From Deinococcales bacterium (GTDB lineage Bacteria; Deinococcota; Deinococci; Deinococcales; JAAFIG01): a DNA stretch of 64,000 nucleotides. The notes under the pieces were generated by a model that ran no database searches, was not told the origin of the DNA, and saw only the letters and a list, made by a program, of their open reading frames with translations. Below, in pieces: positions 41,407 to 50,624 of the stretch. The stretch covers positions 1 through 64,000 of the forward strand of contig JAYWGM010000093.1 in NCBI GenBank assembly GCA_043778225.1. The letters are read 5' to 3'. Position 1 is the stretch's first letter; the number at the start of each line of letters is the position of its first letter. Both the position numbers and the translations under genes were made by a program.

Positions 41407-44400
41407 TTATTTCTGCTCAAGAAACGGCGCTTCGATGTGCTTATAGGACAAAGCCGCAGCAAGATACGCCAACGCCAACCCAAGACCAGCCAGCCAGAAA
41501 AACTCGAGTGAATTTTGAATCCCGCCATAGCGAAAATCGCTGTTGTGTAGTAAACGAATAAGCTCGAGAATCGGATAGTGCCAGATATAAAGTCCAAAAG
41601 AAATTTTAGCGGTGTATCTAAAAAAAGTATTGTCCAGAACACGCCCAAAGACTCGAGAAAACGGCAAGGTCATCAGCATCAGGGCAATGGTCAGTGGAAA
41701 CCATGGAAAGCGGTAGGGCTGGGCTTGGAAACTTGCACCAAAGTCTCCTGCGCCGCGTAAAAACCATAAAACACCAAGCATTGCCGTAAAAGCCAGAACG
41801 GCAATCATATCAAAGGCAGCACTAGCCGCCGCCAAACGATTTTTTCTGTCGACAATAAAACCAGCCGCCAAAACTCCAAGCAAATAATGGGCAAACATTC
41901 CGACGGCGTTGTAGTTGGGCATCCAGTATTTTGCACCACCAATTAAGCCGTTATCCCAGCCGCGATTGACGTTATCTGGTACAAGTCCCTCGAGAATCAG
42001 ATGATTGACAATAAAGACCACACCCAAAACACCAAGCCAGTACAACAGCGCAAAACCAAAGCCTCGGCGCGGGAACTGCACAAACAAAAACCACATCAAA
42101 AATGGCATTAAGGCGTAACAAAAAATCTCAAAGCCAATGCTCCAAAGTGGTCCATTTAATTCGGCAGGAAACAGGGTGACATACGAAAAAGCCGAGGTAA
42201 AAGTAAGTGCTGAGACCAATCTCAGCCAGATAAAATCGCCACCAACAGCAAAAAATAGACCCAATAAAACACTGACAATGGTGCTGGCATAAAACCCCGG
42301 TACAATCCGCACCGCCCGACGGCGCACAAACTCTGGCATATTTGGCATTGGCTTGTGCGCTAAATAATTGCGCCAAAACGGAATCGAAAGCAGCATTCCC
42401 GACAAGACAAAAAAAGCACTGACCCCGGCACTTCCCTGCTCGAGTAGTGCATCAAAAAACTTCAGGCTGTCAGAAGCCCCATTCGCATCAAAACGCTGCC
42501 AAAGATGATGCAGAATCACCATCAAACAAGCGATGGCACGAATCCCATCCGCACCACTCAGGGTTGTGGCAATCGGAATGACCGCTACTCGAGCCGTTGG
42601 AATGACCGCCATGCCAGACCATCTGGCTCGAGACCACCACGGCAATTGTGTCTGCGGCACAGCGATATTGAGTGCCAAACTGATTTGCCTAGCAAAAACC
42701 AAAAAGACCACAAGCGGCACAAGGCTCGAGATGGCTGTACCAATTTGATATGCCCCATCTGCCCCAGTTTTGGCATTCATGTATGCCAGAATTTGTGAGA
42801 CCATTTGCTGGTCTGGGCTTTTTAAGAGCGCTAACGCCACCGAATTATTATTCCAGACAGTCACAAAGGTCATCAAGCCAAGCGTTACCAAAGCTGGATG
42901 CGCCAACGGTAGCATGATTTGCCAATAAATTCGTAAGTCCGAAGCACCATCAATTCGGGCAGCCTCGAGCAAAGACTTTGGCACAGCACTCTGAACATAC
43001 TGGCGCACCAAAAAGACCCCAAAAGCACTGACTGTGGCTGGGACCCAGACGGCTCTGGCTTGGTCAATCCAACCGAGCAGCGCCATATTTAAGGCGGTTG
43101 GAATCAGGTTCATCAAGCCCGGAAAAAGCATCACGCTCAGCACCAGTCCGTACAAAATGGCTTTACCACGAAACTCCAGCAGCGCAAAAGCAAAACCAGC
43201 CAGACTCGAGACCACAACCGCACCTAGGGTTGCCAGCAGTCCAATATAGGTGCTGTTCCAAAGATTGCGCCAAAACGTCGGTTGTGCCTCGAGCAGCAGG
43301 GCATAGTTGCCAGCCCATGAATCGCCGACGCTCAGCCATTGGTCGGAATAACTGCGGGTTGGGGACAGCAGCAAATTAAAAACTGGAATCAGGCACAGCG
43401 CCAAACCGCCAAGCAGCACAAATTTCATGGCAATTCGAGCAGTCTTTGAGAATTTTAACGGCGAGCTATCGGCTTCGTGTAAAGCAGTCGTCTCGAGGGC
43501 AGTAAAGTTGCGCCCAAAGACTTGATAGAAAATAAACACCACCAAAGCAATACCCATAAAAAACAGCCAAGTCTGAGCGCTGGCAAGTCCAAAATCGCCA
43601 TCCCAAAAAGCAGTGCGAATGATATAGGTCGGTAAATCAATGCCACGAATATCGCTGACCTGACCAAACCACTGCCCAACACTGGTTTGTGTCCCACGCA
43701 AAAAACTCATTGTAAAAGCCACAAAAATCATCGGGCGCATCAGTGGCAAGGCAATATGCCAAAATAAACGCCAAAAACTTGCGCCATCGAGTTGGGCGGC
43801 TTCGTATAAGCTGCGTGGCACGATATTTAAGACCATCAGGTACAACAGCACATTCCAGCCCGTGACATTCCAAAGTTGGGTAAAAGCGGCGGCGGCTTCG
43901 ACGCTCGCAATGGACGGGATACTCGAGCCAACAAGCGGTAGGGCTTGTAAAAAGTCGGTGATTTGCACGGGAATTGCCCAGAAAATTGCAAAAATGGCTG
44001 CCAGCACCGCGCCAGCCGCCAGACTCGAGGTCATAAACGGCAAAAATAAAACCGTGGCAATTGCGCCTTGGATTGGCTTAAAAGCAATGTGCAGCATAAA
44101 TGCCAACGGAATGGCAATCAGGTGTTGCCCAAAAGCGGTCAGCAGCGCCAAGCGCAACGAGCGCCACCAGCCCTGCCAAAAAATCGGGTCTTGGATGGTG
44201 TAATTAAATGCCCATAAGCCATCAAAACGCATTCCAGAAAGACCACTGCTTGGATTCCATTCCATCAAAGAGACCACCAAAGAAAGCAGCAATGGTGCAA
44301 AAGCAAACAGCGTCAGCAACACAAAAAATGGGGCAATAAACCAATAGGCTTGGCTCGAGCCAAGCACGGCGGTTTTTTGGCGCAGACGCTGGCGCAAACG

Positions 44401-44421
44401 AGGCAGCGAAGGATTGGTCAT
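41407..44421 (-). CDS. Fusion protein: MalF-type permease + MalG-type permease + acyltransferase-3 (OafA/OpgC-like) domain
   Basis: Two EAA loops (YEAAQLDGAS, LEAARIDGAS), then 'DGIRAIACLMVILHH', 'GVSAFFVLSG', 'LWSIGFE', 'ISFGLYIWHYPI'. Confidence 0.85.
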   Translation of the reverse strand: MTNPSLPRLRQRLRQKTAVLGSSQAYWFIAPFFVLLTLFAFAPLLLSLVVSLMEWNPSSGLSGMRFDGLWAFNYTIQDPIFWQGWWRSLRLALLTAFGQHLIAIPLAFMLHIAFKPIQGAIATVLFLPFMTSSLAAGAVLAAIFAIFWAIPVQITDFLQALPLVGSSIPSIASVEAAAAFTQLWNVTGWNVLLYLMVLNIVPRSLYEAAQLDGASFWRLFWHIALPLMRPMIFVAFTMSFLRGTQTSVGQWFGQVSDIRGIDLPTYIIRTAFWDGDFGLASAQTWLFFMGIALVVFIFYQVFGRNFTALETTALHEADSSPLKFSKTARIAMKFVLLGGLALCLIPVFNLLLSPTRSYSDQWLSVGDSWAGNYALLLEAQPTFWRNLWNSTYIGLLATLGAVVVSSLAGFAFALLEFRGKAILYGLVLSVMLFPGLMNLIPTALNMALLGWIDQARAVWVPATVSAFGVFLVRQYVQSAVPKSLLEAARIDGASDLRIYWQIMLPLAHPALVTLGLMTFVTVWNNNSVALALLKSPDQQMVSQILAYMNAKTGADGAYQIGTAISSLVPLVVFLVFARQISLALNIAVPQTQLPWWSRARWSGMAVIPTARVAVIPIATTLSGADGIRAIACLMVILHHLWQRFDANGASDSLKFFDALLEQGSAGVSAFFVLSGMLLSIPFWRNYLAHKPMPNMPEFVRRRAVRIVPGFYASTIVSVLLGLFFAVGGDFIWLRLVSALTFTSAFSYVTLFPAELNGPLWSIGFEIFCYALMPFLMWFLFVQFPRRGFGFALLYWLGVLGVVFIVNHLILEGLVPDNVNRGWDNGLIGGAKYWMPNYNAVGMFAHYLLGVLAAGFIVDRKNRLAAASAAFDMIAVLAFTAMLGVLWFLRGAGDFGASFQAQPYRFPWFPLTIALMLMTLPFSRVFGRVLDNTFFRYTAKISFGLYIWHYPILELIRLLHNSDFRYGGIQNSLEFFWLAGLGLALAYLAAALSYKHIEAPFLEQK

Positions 44422-44440
44422 GATGGTGGCTATTGAACCC

Positions 44441-44454
44441 TGAAAGGGCTTTCA
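44441..44454. promoter_or_regulatory. LacI-family operator upstream of the fusion gene
   Basis: tgaaagggctttca, 20 bp upstream of the fusion start codon. Confidence 0.7.
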
Positions 44455-44524
44455 AAGTGTGTCAGAAATATGACATAGCACCAGACTGAACCATCCCAGT
44501 CCACAAAGACGTAAACTAGACAGC

Positions 44525-46432
44525 GTGATTGGAACTCAGATTTTGCATTACCGCATCCTGCGAAAACTTGGGGCTGGAGGTATGGGCGTGGTCTATGAAG
44601 CGCTTGACACCAAACTCGAGCGCAATGTTGCCTTAAAATTCTTGTTGGACGGCGTGATTCATAACCCACAAGCGATGCAGCGCTTTGAGCGCGAAGCCAA
44701 AGCCATCTCGAGACTAGACCACCCGAACATTGGTGCGGTTTTTGCGCTCGAACAGAACTTTGAGCAAACTTTTTTAGCCATGGCACTCTACCAAGGCGCA
44801 ACCCTCGCCGAACGGCTCGAGCAAAAACGCCTGAGTCAAAGCGATGCCATCCGGATTGCGCTCGAGATTGCCCGTGGCTTAGAACACGCCCACGAACAAA
44901 GTGTGATTCACCGCGATATTAAACCTGCTAATCTGTATTTGGCGCGAATGTCCAATGGCACAGAACTCTTAAAAATTCTCGATTTTGGTTTGGCACGGCT
45001 CGAGGATGCCAGCCGCCAACTGACCCGCCCGGGTGCAACCACTGGCACACTGTTGTATATGTCCCCCGAACAATTATCGGGTAAAGCCGATGCCCTCTCC
45101 GACATTTGGGCTTGGGGCGCGGTGGTCTACGAGATGCTGGCTGGACACACGCCTTTTCAGGTGGATGGTATCGGCGCACTGCTGCACGCGATTCTCAATG
45201 CTGACCCAACGCCACTCGAGCCAAGCACCCCCAAGACTTTAGCCGATTTGGTGCTACAAGCCTTGCAAAAAGACCCAAACACCCGCCCACAAAGCATGAC
45301 CCAGATTGTGGCGACCCTCGAGACAATGTTGACCAACAGTGGCGAACGACCCATCTCGAGCAGCCAAAATGCCAGCGTTTCGTTAGCCGAAAAGTCTTTG
45401 TCTGAAAAAATTTTGTCCGAGAAACCAATGGAGGTCTTGTCCGAGAAACCAATGGGGGTCTCGTCCGAGCAACCAGCACTGCCAGCCACACAAGCCGATT
45501 CGTTGCTTTTTGAGAACCCCTCGAGTTGGGATAAAAGCTCGAGTCCAGTGATTGATACCACTGCCGACAGTCTGGTGATTAGCATTCCACGCCGTCGTTT
45601 TCCGTGGTTGTTGGCAATTCCTGTGGTGGCTGGTCTGGTGGTTGCGGCGTGGTTTCTTGTGCCGCGCACCCCAGCCCTCGAGAAGTGCGAACCGCTCAAC
45701 AACACTGGCGCGATGATTGACAGTGCCATAAAATGGGCAGCACCGCTCATTCCACTCGAGAATTGTGGTTCTTTTGGTTATGGGGCTGGCAGTGCCACCG
45801 CCGAGTACGATGGCGCACTCGAGGTCAAACGCCAAGTGCTGGCGCTGCTGCCGGGAACGGTACTGATTGCCGACGCGGTGCGTTACGCCGAAAACCGCAG
45901 GCTGCGAACCATGCTCGGCTTAAAAGGTGCAGCCAGTCAAAATACGGCTTACCAAGGAAGCGGCATACAATTTCAAATCGGCAAACAAAAAGCCTTGACT
46001 GCGCTTTACCCCTCGAGTCTCGAGGCAACGGTTTCTGGGGAGGCTGTGGCGTTGTCTGGCAACGAAACCGCCAAACAAATTCTGGCACTCAATGTTTTTC
46101 AGGTCAACGAAGTGGACACCGAAATCCAGAGGCTCGATGTAACAACTTCGGATGAACACAGTCAGAACTTTGTTGGCGCACTTTTTGGCTCTAAAACCGC
46201 CGTATTTTTAGGCATTGGCTCGAGTGCCAGCGCCGCCAACTTTAATGTCAATGTACCGCTTGGCATCACCAGGTATATCATTACGGGGCTTGCGCCCGGC
46301 AAGAGCTACGACATGGAATTTGAACCCGACCGAGGCTGGAATTACATCACCTTAAAATCTGGAAAATCTGGCACAGTCAATAGTGCTGGTGTACTGGTCT
46401 TGGGCGAAGGAATGCAGCCTTTAAAAAAGTAA
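44525..46432 (+). CDS. Membrane-anchored Hanks-type Ser/Thr protein kinase
   Basis: LGAGGMGVVY, VALK, HRDIKPAN, DFG, YMSPE motifs; TM helix; extracytoplasmic C-terminal domain. Confidence 0.93.
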   Translation: MIGTQILHYRILRKLGAGGMGVVYEALDTKLERNVALKFLLDGVIHNPQAMQRFEREAKAISRLDHPNIGAVFALEQNFEQTFLAMALYQGATLAERLEQKRLSQSDAIRIALEIARGLEHAHEQSVIHRDIKPANLYLARMSNGTELLKILDFGLARLEDASRQLTRPGATTGTLLYMSPEQLSGKADALSDIWAWGAVVYEMLAGHTPFQVDGIGALLHAILNADPTPLEPSTPKTLADLVLQALQKDPNTRPQSMTQIVATLETMLTNSGERPISSSQNASVSLAEKSLSEKILSEKPMEVLSEKPMGVSSEQPALPATQADSLLFENPSSWDKSSSPVIDTTADSLVISIPRRRFPWLLAIPVVAGLVVAAWFLVPRTPALEKCEPLNNTGAMIDSAIKWAAPLIPLENCGSFGYGAGSATAEYDGALEVKRQVLALLPGTVLIADAVRYAENRRLRTMLGLKGAASQNTAYQGSGIQFQIGKQKALTALYPSSLEATVSGEAVALSGNETAKQILALNVFQVNEVDTEIQRLDVTTSDEHSQNFVGALFGSKTAVFLGIGSSASAANFNVNVPLGITRYIITGLAPGKSYDMEFEPDRGWNYITLKSGKSGTVNSAGVLVLGEGMQPLKK

Positions 46433-46480
46433 AGTTCTTGCATAAGTAGAAGAATATTTTCTCACACAGGTGGGTACAAA

Positions 46481-46739
46481 CCATTGACTCCGACTTAATC
46501 AAGAAATTCGTGTACAACACAAAAAGACCTCCCCTGCCGTTAGGTAGGGGAGGTGGCACGAGTGTAACGAGTGACGGAGGGGTCTGCAACAGGTAGACGC
46601 TGTGCAAGACCCCTCCGACGCGCTTCGCTTGCCACCTCCCCTGCTTCGCGGGGAGGACAAAAACTAAGTGCCATGCGATAAGTCAGGAAATTAAACTTTT
46701 CGTCAAGAACAGTAAAAACGATTAAGTCGGGGTGTATGG
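46481..46739. mobile_element. MITE-like non-coding element with 20-bp imperfect terminal inverted repeats and a GC-rich palindromic core
   Basis: ccattgactccgacttaatc / gattaagtcggggtgtatgg (17/20); core cctcccctgc...ggggaggtggc...ggaggggtc...gacccctcc...gccacctcccc...ggggagg. Confidence 0.6.
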
Positions 46740-46756
46740 GACAAGGAATGCAGCGA

Positions 46757-47245
46757 TTAAAGAAGTAAAGCCTGATAAGCGGCTTTGGTTTTTACGTCGA
46801 ATACCACAAAAATAACTCGCTGGAGACTCCCTTGAAACTGCTTTGTTGTATTAACCGCAATCTCTGCTGCAAGCTCGAGCGGAAAGCGGTAAATTCCTGT
46901 GCTAATTGCAGGAAAAGCAAGACTTTGTACTCCAAGCCCATTGGCAAGTTCAAGACAACGACGATAACATGACTCGAGCAAGGCAACTTCGTTATAATTT
47001 CCACCATTCCAAACGGGTCCAACAGTATGAATAATCCATTTGGCTGGAAGGTCATAACCTTTTGTTACTTTGGCATCACCCGTTTTACAACCACCAAGCA
47101 AACGGCACTCATGCACCAATTCTTTACCTGCTGCACGGTGAATTGCACCATCTACACCACCGCCGCCAAGTAAACTCGAGTTAGCAGCATTAACAATTGC
47201 GTCCACAGCAAGTTTGGTAATGTCACCATGCCAAACCTCAAGCAT
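46757..47245 (-). CDS. Macro-domain O-acetyl-ADP-ribose deacetylase (YmdB-like)
   Basis: [31 protein letters not shown] motifs. Confidence 0.93.
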   Translation of the reverse strand: MLEVWHGDITKLAVDAIVNAANSSLLGGGGVDGAIHRAAGKELVHECRLLGGCKTGDAKVTKGYDLPAKWIIHTVGPVWNGGNYNEVALLESCYRRCLELANGLGVQSLAFPAISTGIYRFPLELAAEIAVNTTKQFQGSLQRVIFVVFDVKTKAAYQALLL

Positions 47246-47532
47246 TAACGTTTGCCACGTTTAAGTCGTTCTTCGGGATACTCGCCAATAATACACCCAC
47301 GCATATAAGCACCCACCGAATCGGACTCGAGCAGATTCTTAAATTCCCGAAATGGTACACCAGTGTATGCCCAACGGTCTCCAGAGTTAAACCAAGCCTC
47401 GAGTGTTTTTGAGTCTGGGTTGTACTTAATAGCCGCCAGCATACTCGAGTCAACCTCAATCAGTCTGTTCAAAATGGCGGCATCGGCTTGGGTCGGAAGC
47501 AAATCTTCTTGGTCATCATCATCTTCAAACAT
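47245..47532 (-). CDS. KTSC-domain protein
   Basis: '[42 protein letters not shown]' KTSC pattern. Confidence 0.85.
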   Translation of the reverse strand: MFEDDDDQEDLLPTQADAAILNRLIEVDSSMLAAIKYNPDSKTLEAWFNSGDRWAYTGVPFREFKNLLESDSVGAYMRGCIIGEYPEERLKRGKR

Positions 47533-47541
47533 GGTTCTCTC

Positions 47542-49047
47542 CTATTCTGGACGGTACTCTCCCCACAGTTGGCGCAGCACGCCGCAGATTTCGCCCAAGG
47601 TGGCATTGGCTCGAAAAGCAGCCATGACCCACGGAAAAAGATTGTCTTGGCTCGAGGCGGCTTTTTTTAAGTTCTCGAGTGCCAACTGTGTGGCGCTGTT
47701 GTCTCGAGCCGCACGGTAGGCTTGAACTTGGGCGCAGCGCTGGGCTTCCATTTCTGGGTTGATGATTTGAATTGGCACACTGTTTGCTTCTTGACTTTGG
47801 AACTTATTGACTCCAACCACAATTCGATTGCCAGATTCAATCTCTTTTTGGAATCTGTAGGCGGCTTCTTCGATTTCGTTTTGAATAAACCCCGCTTCGA
47901 TGGCTGCCACACTACCACCAAGGTTTTGGATTTGCTCGAGCATATCGGTCGCTTGTTGCTCGAGTTCATTGGTCAAACGCTCGATATAATAACTGCCGCC
48001 GAGTGGGTCGGGTTCTTTGGTCACACCACTTTCAAACGCCAAGACCTGTTGGGTTCGCAAAGCAAGTTTGGCACTGGATTCAGTCGGCAGTCCAAGCGCC
48101 TCGTCAAAAGCATTGGTGTGCAGGCTTTGTGTGCCGCCCAGCACCGCCGCCAAAGCCTGATAAGCGGTTCGCACAATGTTGACCTCGGGTTGCTGGGCAG
48201 TCAGGGTGCTGCCGCCTGTTTGGGTATGAAAACGCAGCATCCACGATTTAGGATTTTGTGCGCCAAATTCATCCTTGGCAATTCGCGCCCACATCCGCCG
48301 GGCTGCCCTAAACTTAGCGGTTTCCTCGAGAATATCATTGTGGCAAGCAAAGAAAAAACTCAGACGCGGTGCAAAATTATCTAGACTTAGCCCAGTCTCG
48401 AGTGCCGCCCGCACATAGGCTTTGGCGTTGGCAAGCGTAAAAGCAATCTCTTGAGCGGCGGTGCTGCCTGCTTCGCGGATGTGATAGCCCGAAATGCTAA
48501 TCGTGTTCCATTTTGGAATCTGCGCCGCACAATAAGAAAAAGTATCGGTAATCAGGCGCATACTTTGTTTGGGCGGATAAATATACGTGCCTCTGGCAAT
48601 ATATTCTTTCAATATATCGTTTTGAATTGTGCCACCAATCTGGCTGAAAGCCACGCCTTGGCTTTCGGCAACCAAGGCGTAAAGCGCCAAAAGCATCATG
48701 GCTGGGGCGTTGATTGTCATGCTGGTGGTAACTTCCTCGAGTGGGATGTTGGCAAACAGTTTTTTCATGTCTTCTAAAGTCGCAATGCTGACCCCGACTC
48801 TGCCGACCTCACCAAGCGCCAAAGGGTCGTCTGGGTCTAGCCCCAATTGGGTTGGCAAATCAAACGCCACCGATAAACCGGTTGTGCCTTGGGCTAACAA
48901 ATAGCGGTAACGCTGATTGGATTCTTCGGCACTGCCAAAACCGGCATATTGGCGCATTGTCCAAGCCCGAGATTTATACATTTCGGGGTGAATGCCTCGA
49001 GTAAACGGATACTGCCCAGATTGCAAGCTGTTCATGGTGAGCATCAT
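47542..49047 (-). CDS. Methylmalonyl-CoA mutase, substrate-binding subunit
   Basis: 'YPFTRG', 'WTMRQYAGF' (Tyr at the specificity position), 'QNDILKEY', '[11 protein letters not shown]'; no B12-binding domain. Confidence 0.92.
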   Translation of the reverse strand: MMLTMNSLQSGQYPFTRGIHPEMYKSRAWTMRQYAGFGSAEESNQRYRYLLAQGTTGLSVAFDLPTQLGLDPDDPLALGEVGRVGVSIATLEDMKKLFANIPLEEVTTSMTINAPAMMLLALYALVAESQGVAFSQIGGTIQNDILKEYIARGTYIYPPKQSMRLITDTFSYCAAQIPKWNTISISGYHIREAGSTAAQEIAFTLANAKAYVRAALETGLSLDNFAPRLSFFFACHNDILEETAKFRAARRMWARIAKDEFGAQNPKSWMLRFHTQTGGSTLTAQQPEVNIVRTAYQALAAVLGGTQSLHTNAFDEALGLPTESSAKLALRTQQVLAFESGVTKEPDPLGGSYYIERLTNELEQQATDMLEQIQNLGGSVAAIEAGFIQNEIEEAAYRFQKEIESGNRIVVGVNKFQSQEANSVPIQIINPEMEAQRCAQVQAYRAARDNSATQLALENLKKAASSQDNLFPWVMAAFRANATLGEICGVLRQLWGEYRPE

Positions 49048-49050
49048 AAC

Positions 49051-49866
49051 TTACTTAATCATTTTACTGGCTTCAAGACGTACTTGATTAGGGTTTAAGC
49101 CAGCCCCAAAGAACTTACTTTCGTTCTCGAGCCAAATTTCAAAAAGCAGCCGAGCATTATTTTTTGTGCCGCGTGCGCCATCGGCTGTACCACTGTTGCC
49201 CACAAAACCAATAATATCGCCGCGTTTAATCTGGCTGGCATAGGTTAAATTTGGATTGAGGCTCGAGAGATGCCCATAGCGGGTAATCATGCCGTTTTCG
49301 TGCAGCAACGAAACTTGTCTGCCGCGCAGTAAATTTAAGTCGTTTTGACTTGCGCCATCTTTAACTTTGACTAAAAGCGCCTGAAATTCTTGAGGTGTGA
49401 GTTCCTTAAAGTTTGCTGTCAGTAATTTAACTTTGGCATCAGCCACCGCCAAGACTGGCATCGCAAATTGAACTTGTACGCCAGCATCTACGCCCGTAAA
49501 AACAAACCCCTGCGAAACTCCACGGCGGTAGACTCGAGGCGCATTTGGCAGGTTCTCGGGGCTTTTGGGGAGGCTTGCGCCTGCAATTGGCAAACTAAAC
49601 TTGGCATTCTCGAGCAAAGCTGCTTTGTCAAAAACCTCGAGCTTGGTTTTGGCGGTCTCGAGTTGGGCTGCTACGTTTTGCCATTGGATGGTCGCAAAAA
49701 GCGCATACAGCACCAAACCAGCCAGCAAGTACCAGCCGGGACGGATTTTATCCCAAGGTACACGCCTCAAAAACCGTTGTGCCTCGAGCCACCAAAGTGC
49801 TGCACTGCGCTGACCGCGCCGCCAAAGGGCTTTGAGGCGATTGAACAACTCGGCTCGAGTATCCAT
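49051..49866 (-). CDS. M23-family peptidase-like membrane protein, probably lacking full zinc ligands
   Basis: TM helix; 'TRYGHLS...GDIIGFVGNSG'; the HxxxD and HxH motifs appear replaced (SQGFVF, RLLFEI). Confidence 0.75.
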   Translation of the reverse strand: MDTRAELFNRLKALWRRGQRSAALWWLEAQRFLRRVPWDKIRPGWYLLAGLVLYALFATIQWQNVAAQLETAKTKLEVFDKAALLENAKFSLPIAGASLPKSPENLPNAPRVYRRGVSQGFVFTGVDAGVQVQFAMPVLAVADAKVKLLTANFKELTPQEFQALLVKVKDGASQNDLNLLRGRQVSLLHENGMITRYGHLSSLNPNLTYASQIKRGDIIGFVGNSGTADGARGTKNNARLLFEIWLENESKFFGAGLNPNQVRLEASKMIK

Positions 49867-49908
49867 GCGGTCTATTGTACGTCATTACAAACTCGGTGAG
49901 GGCTAGGG

Positions 49909-49972
49909 CGCGGGTTGTTCGTGCCACCAAACACGCGGGTTGTTCGTGCTGCCAAACACGCGGGTTGTTCGT
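49909..49972. repeat. 25-bp tandem repeat (~2.6 copies) in a divergent promoter region
   Basis: cgcgggttgttcgtgc(ca/tg)ccaaaca at 49909 and 49934, partial copy at 49959. Confidence 0.85.
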
Positions 49973-50020
49973 CCTCGAGAAAAGGGCTATACTCCTAGGC
50001 AGTTGTTCCTCGAATCCTTC

Positions 50021-50052
50021 GAGGCGGGTTTCTGACCCGCCTTGTTTTTTTT
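50021..50052 (+). terminator. rimP-leader attenuator hairpin
   Basis: aggcgggt-ttctg-acccgcct followed by a T-tract, downstream of a tatact -10 box (49988-49993) and upstream of rimP-nusA-infB. Confidence 0.75.
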
Positions 50053-50101
50053 CGGATGACACAGGCTCGAGAAAAACTTGGGCTTAAAAGTGAGGTGAGT
50101 T

Positions 50102-50551
50102 ATCGCAGACATTTTAACAATCGCAAAAAGTGTTCTCGAGCCACTTGGTTATGAGGTTCTCGAGGTGCAAATCTCGGGTGGGAAGCAGAGTACGACGGTT
50201 TTAATTCGGATCGATAAATTCGATGAAACACCAGTCGCCACCGCCGATTTGGAGCGTGCCAGTCGGGTCGTTAGTCTTGAGTTTGACCGTGTAGACCCGA
50301 TTACTTCCGAATACCGGCTCGAGTTTGAATCACCGGGTGGCAAGCGCCCACTGTTGCGCCAACGGCATTTTGAACGGATGCTTGGACTCAAAGCCAAAGT
50401 CAAAGTGGCAGGTGTTGGAGGTTTTGTCGGCAAAATTATCGAAGTCAGCGCCACAACCGTTACACTCGAGGGCGATGCCGCCGAACAGCGCAGTTTTGCG
50501 TTATTGGGCATAGACGCACACTTAACCGAATTCCCAGATAGGCATAGGTAA
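50102..50551 (+). CDS. rimP: Ribosome maturation factor RimP (probable non-canonical ATC start)
   Basis: 'LEPLGYEVLEV...IRID...DPI..EYRLEFESPG..RPL'; first gene of the nusA-infB operon. Confidence 0.88.
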   Translation: MADILTIAKSVLEPLGYEVLEVQISGGKQSTTVLIRIDKFDETPVATADLERASRVVSLEFDRVDPITSEYRLEFESPGGKRPLLRQRHFERMLGLKAKVKVAGVGGFVGKIIEVSATTVTLEGDAAEQRSFALLGIDAHLTEFPDRHR

Positions 50552-50624
50552 AAGGCAAGGTTAAAAGGGAAAAAGGTTAAAAGTCTTTTATGAGACCACA
50601 CAATTCAATAAGGAGGAGGGCTTT

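Noticed and set aside
46757..47532. Macro + KTSC pair as an anti-phage or ADP-ribosylation TA system
   Set aside because: No ADP-ribosyltransferase partner nearby; the macro protein looks like ordinary YmdB in a housekeeping run
49909..49972. Possible mini-CRISPR
   Set aside because: The intervening sequences are near-identical, so it is a plain tandem repeat
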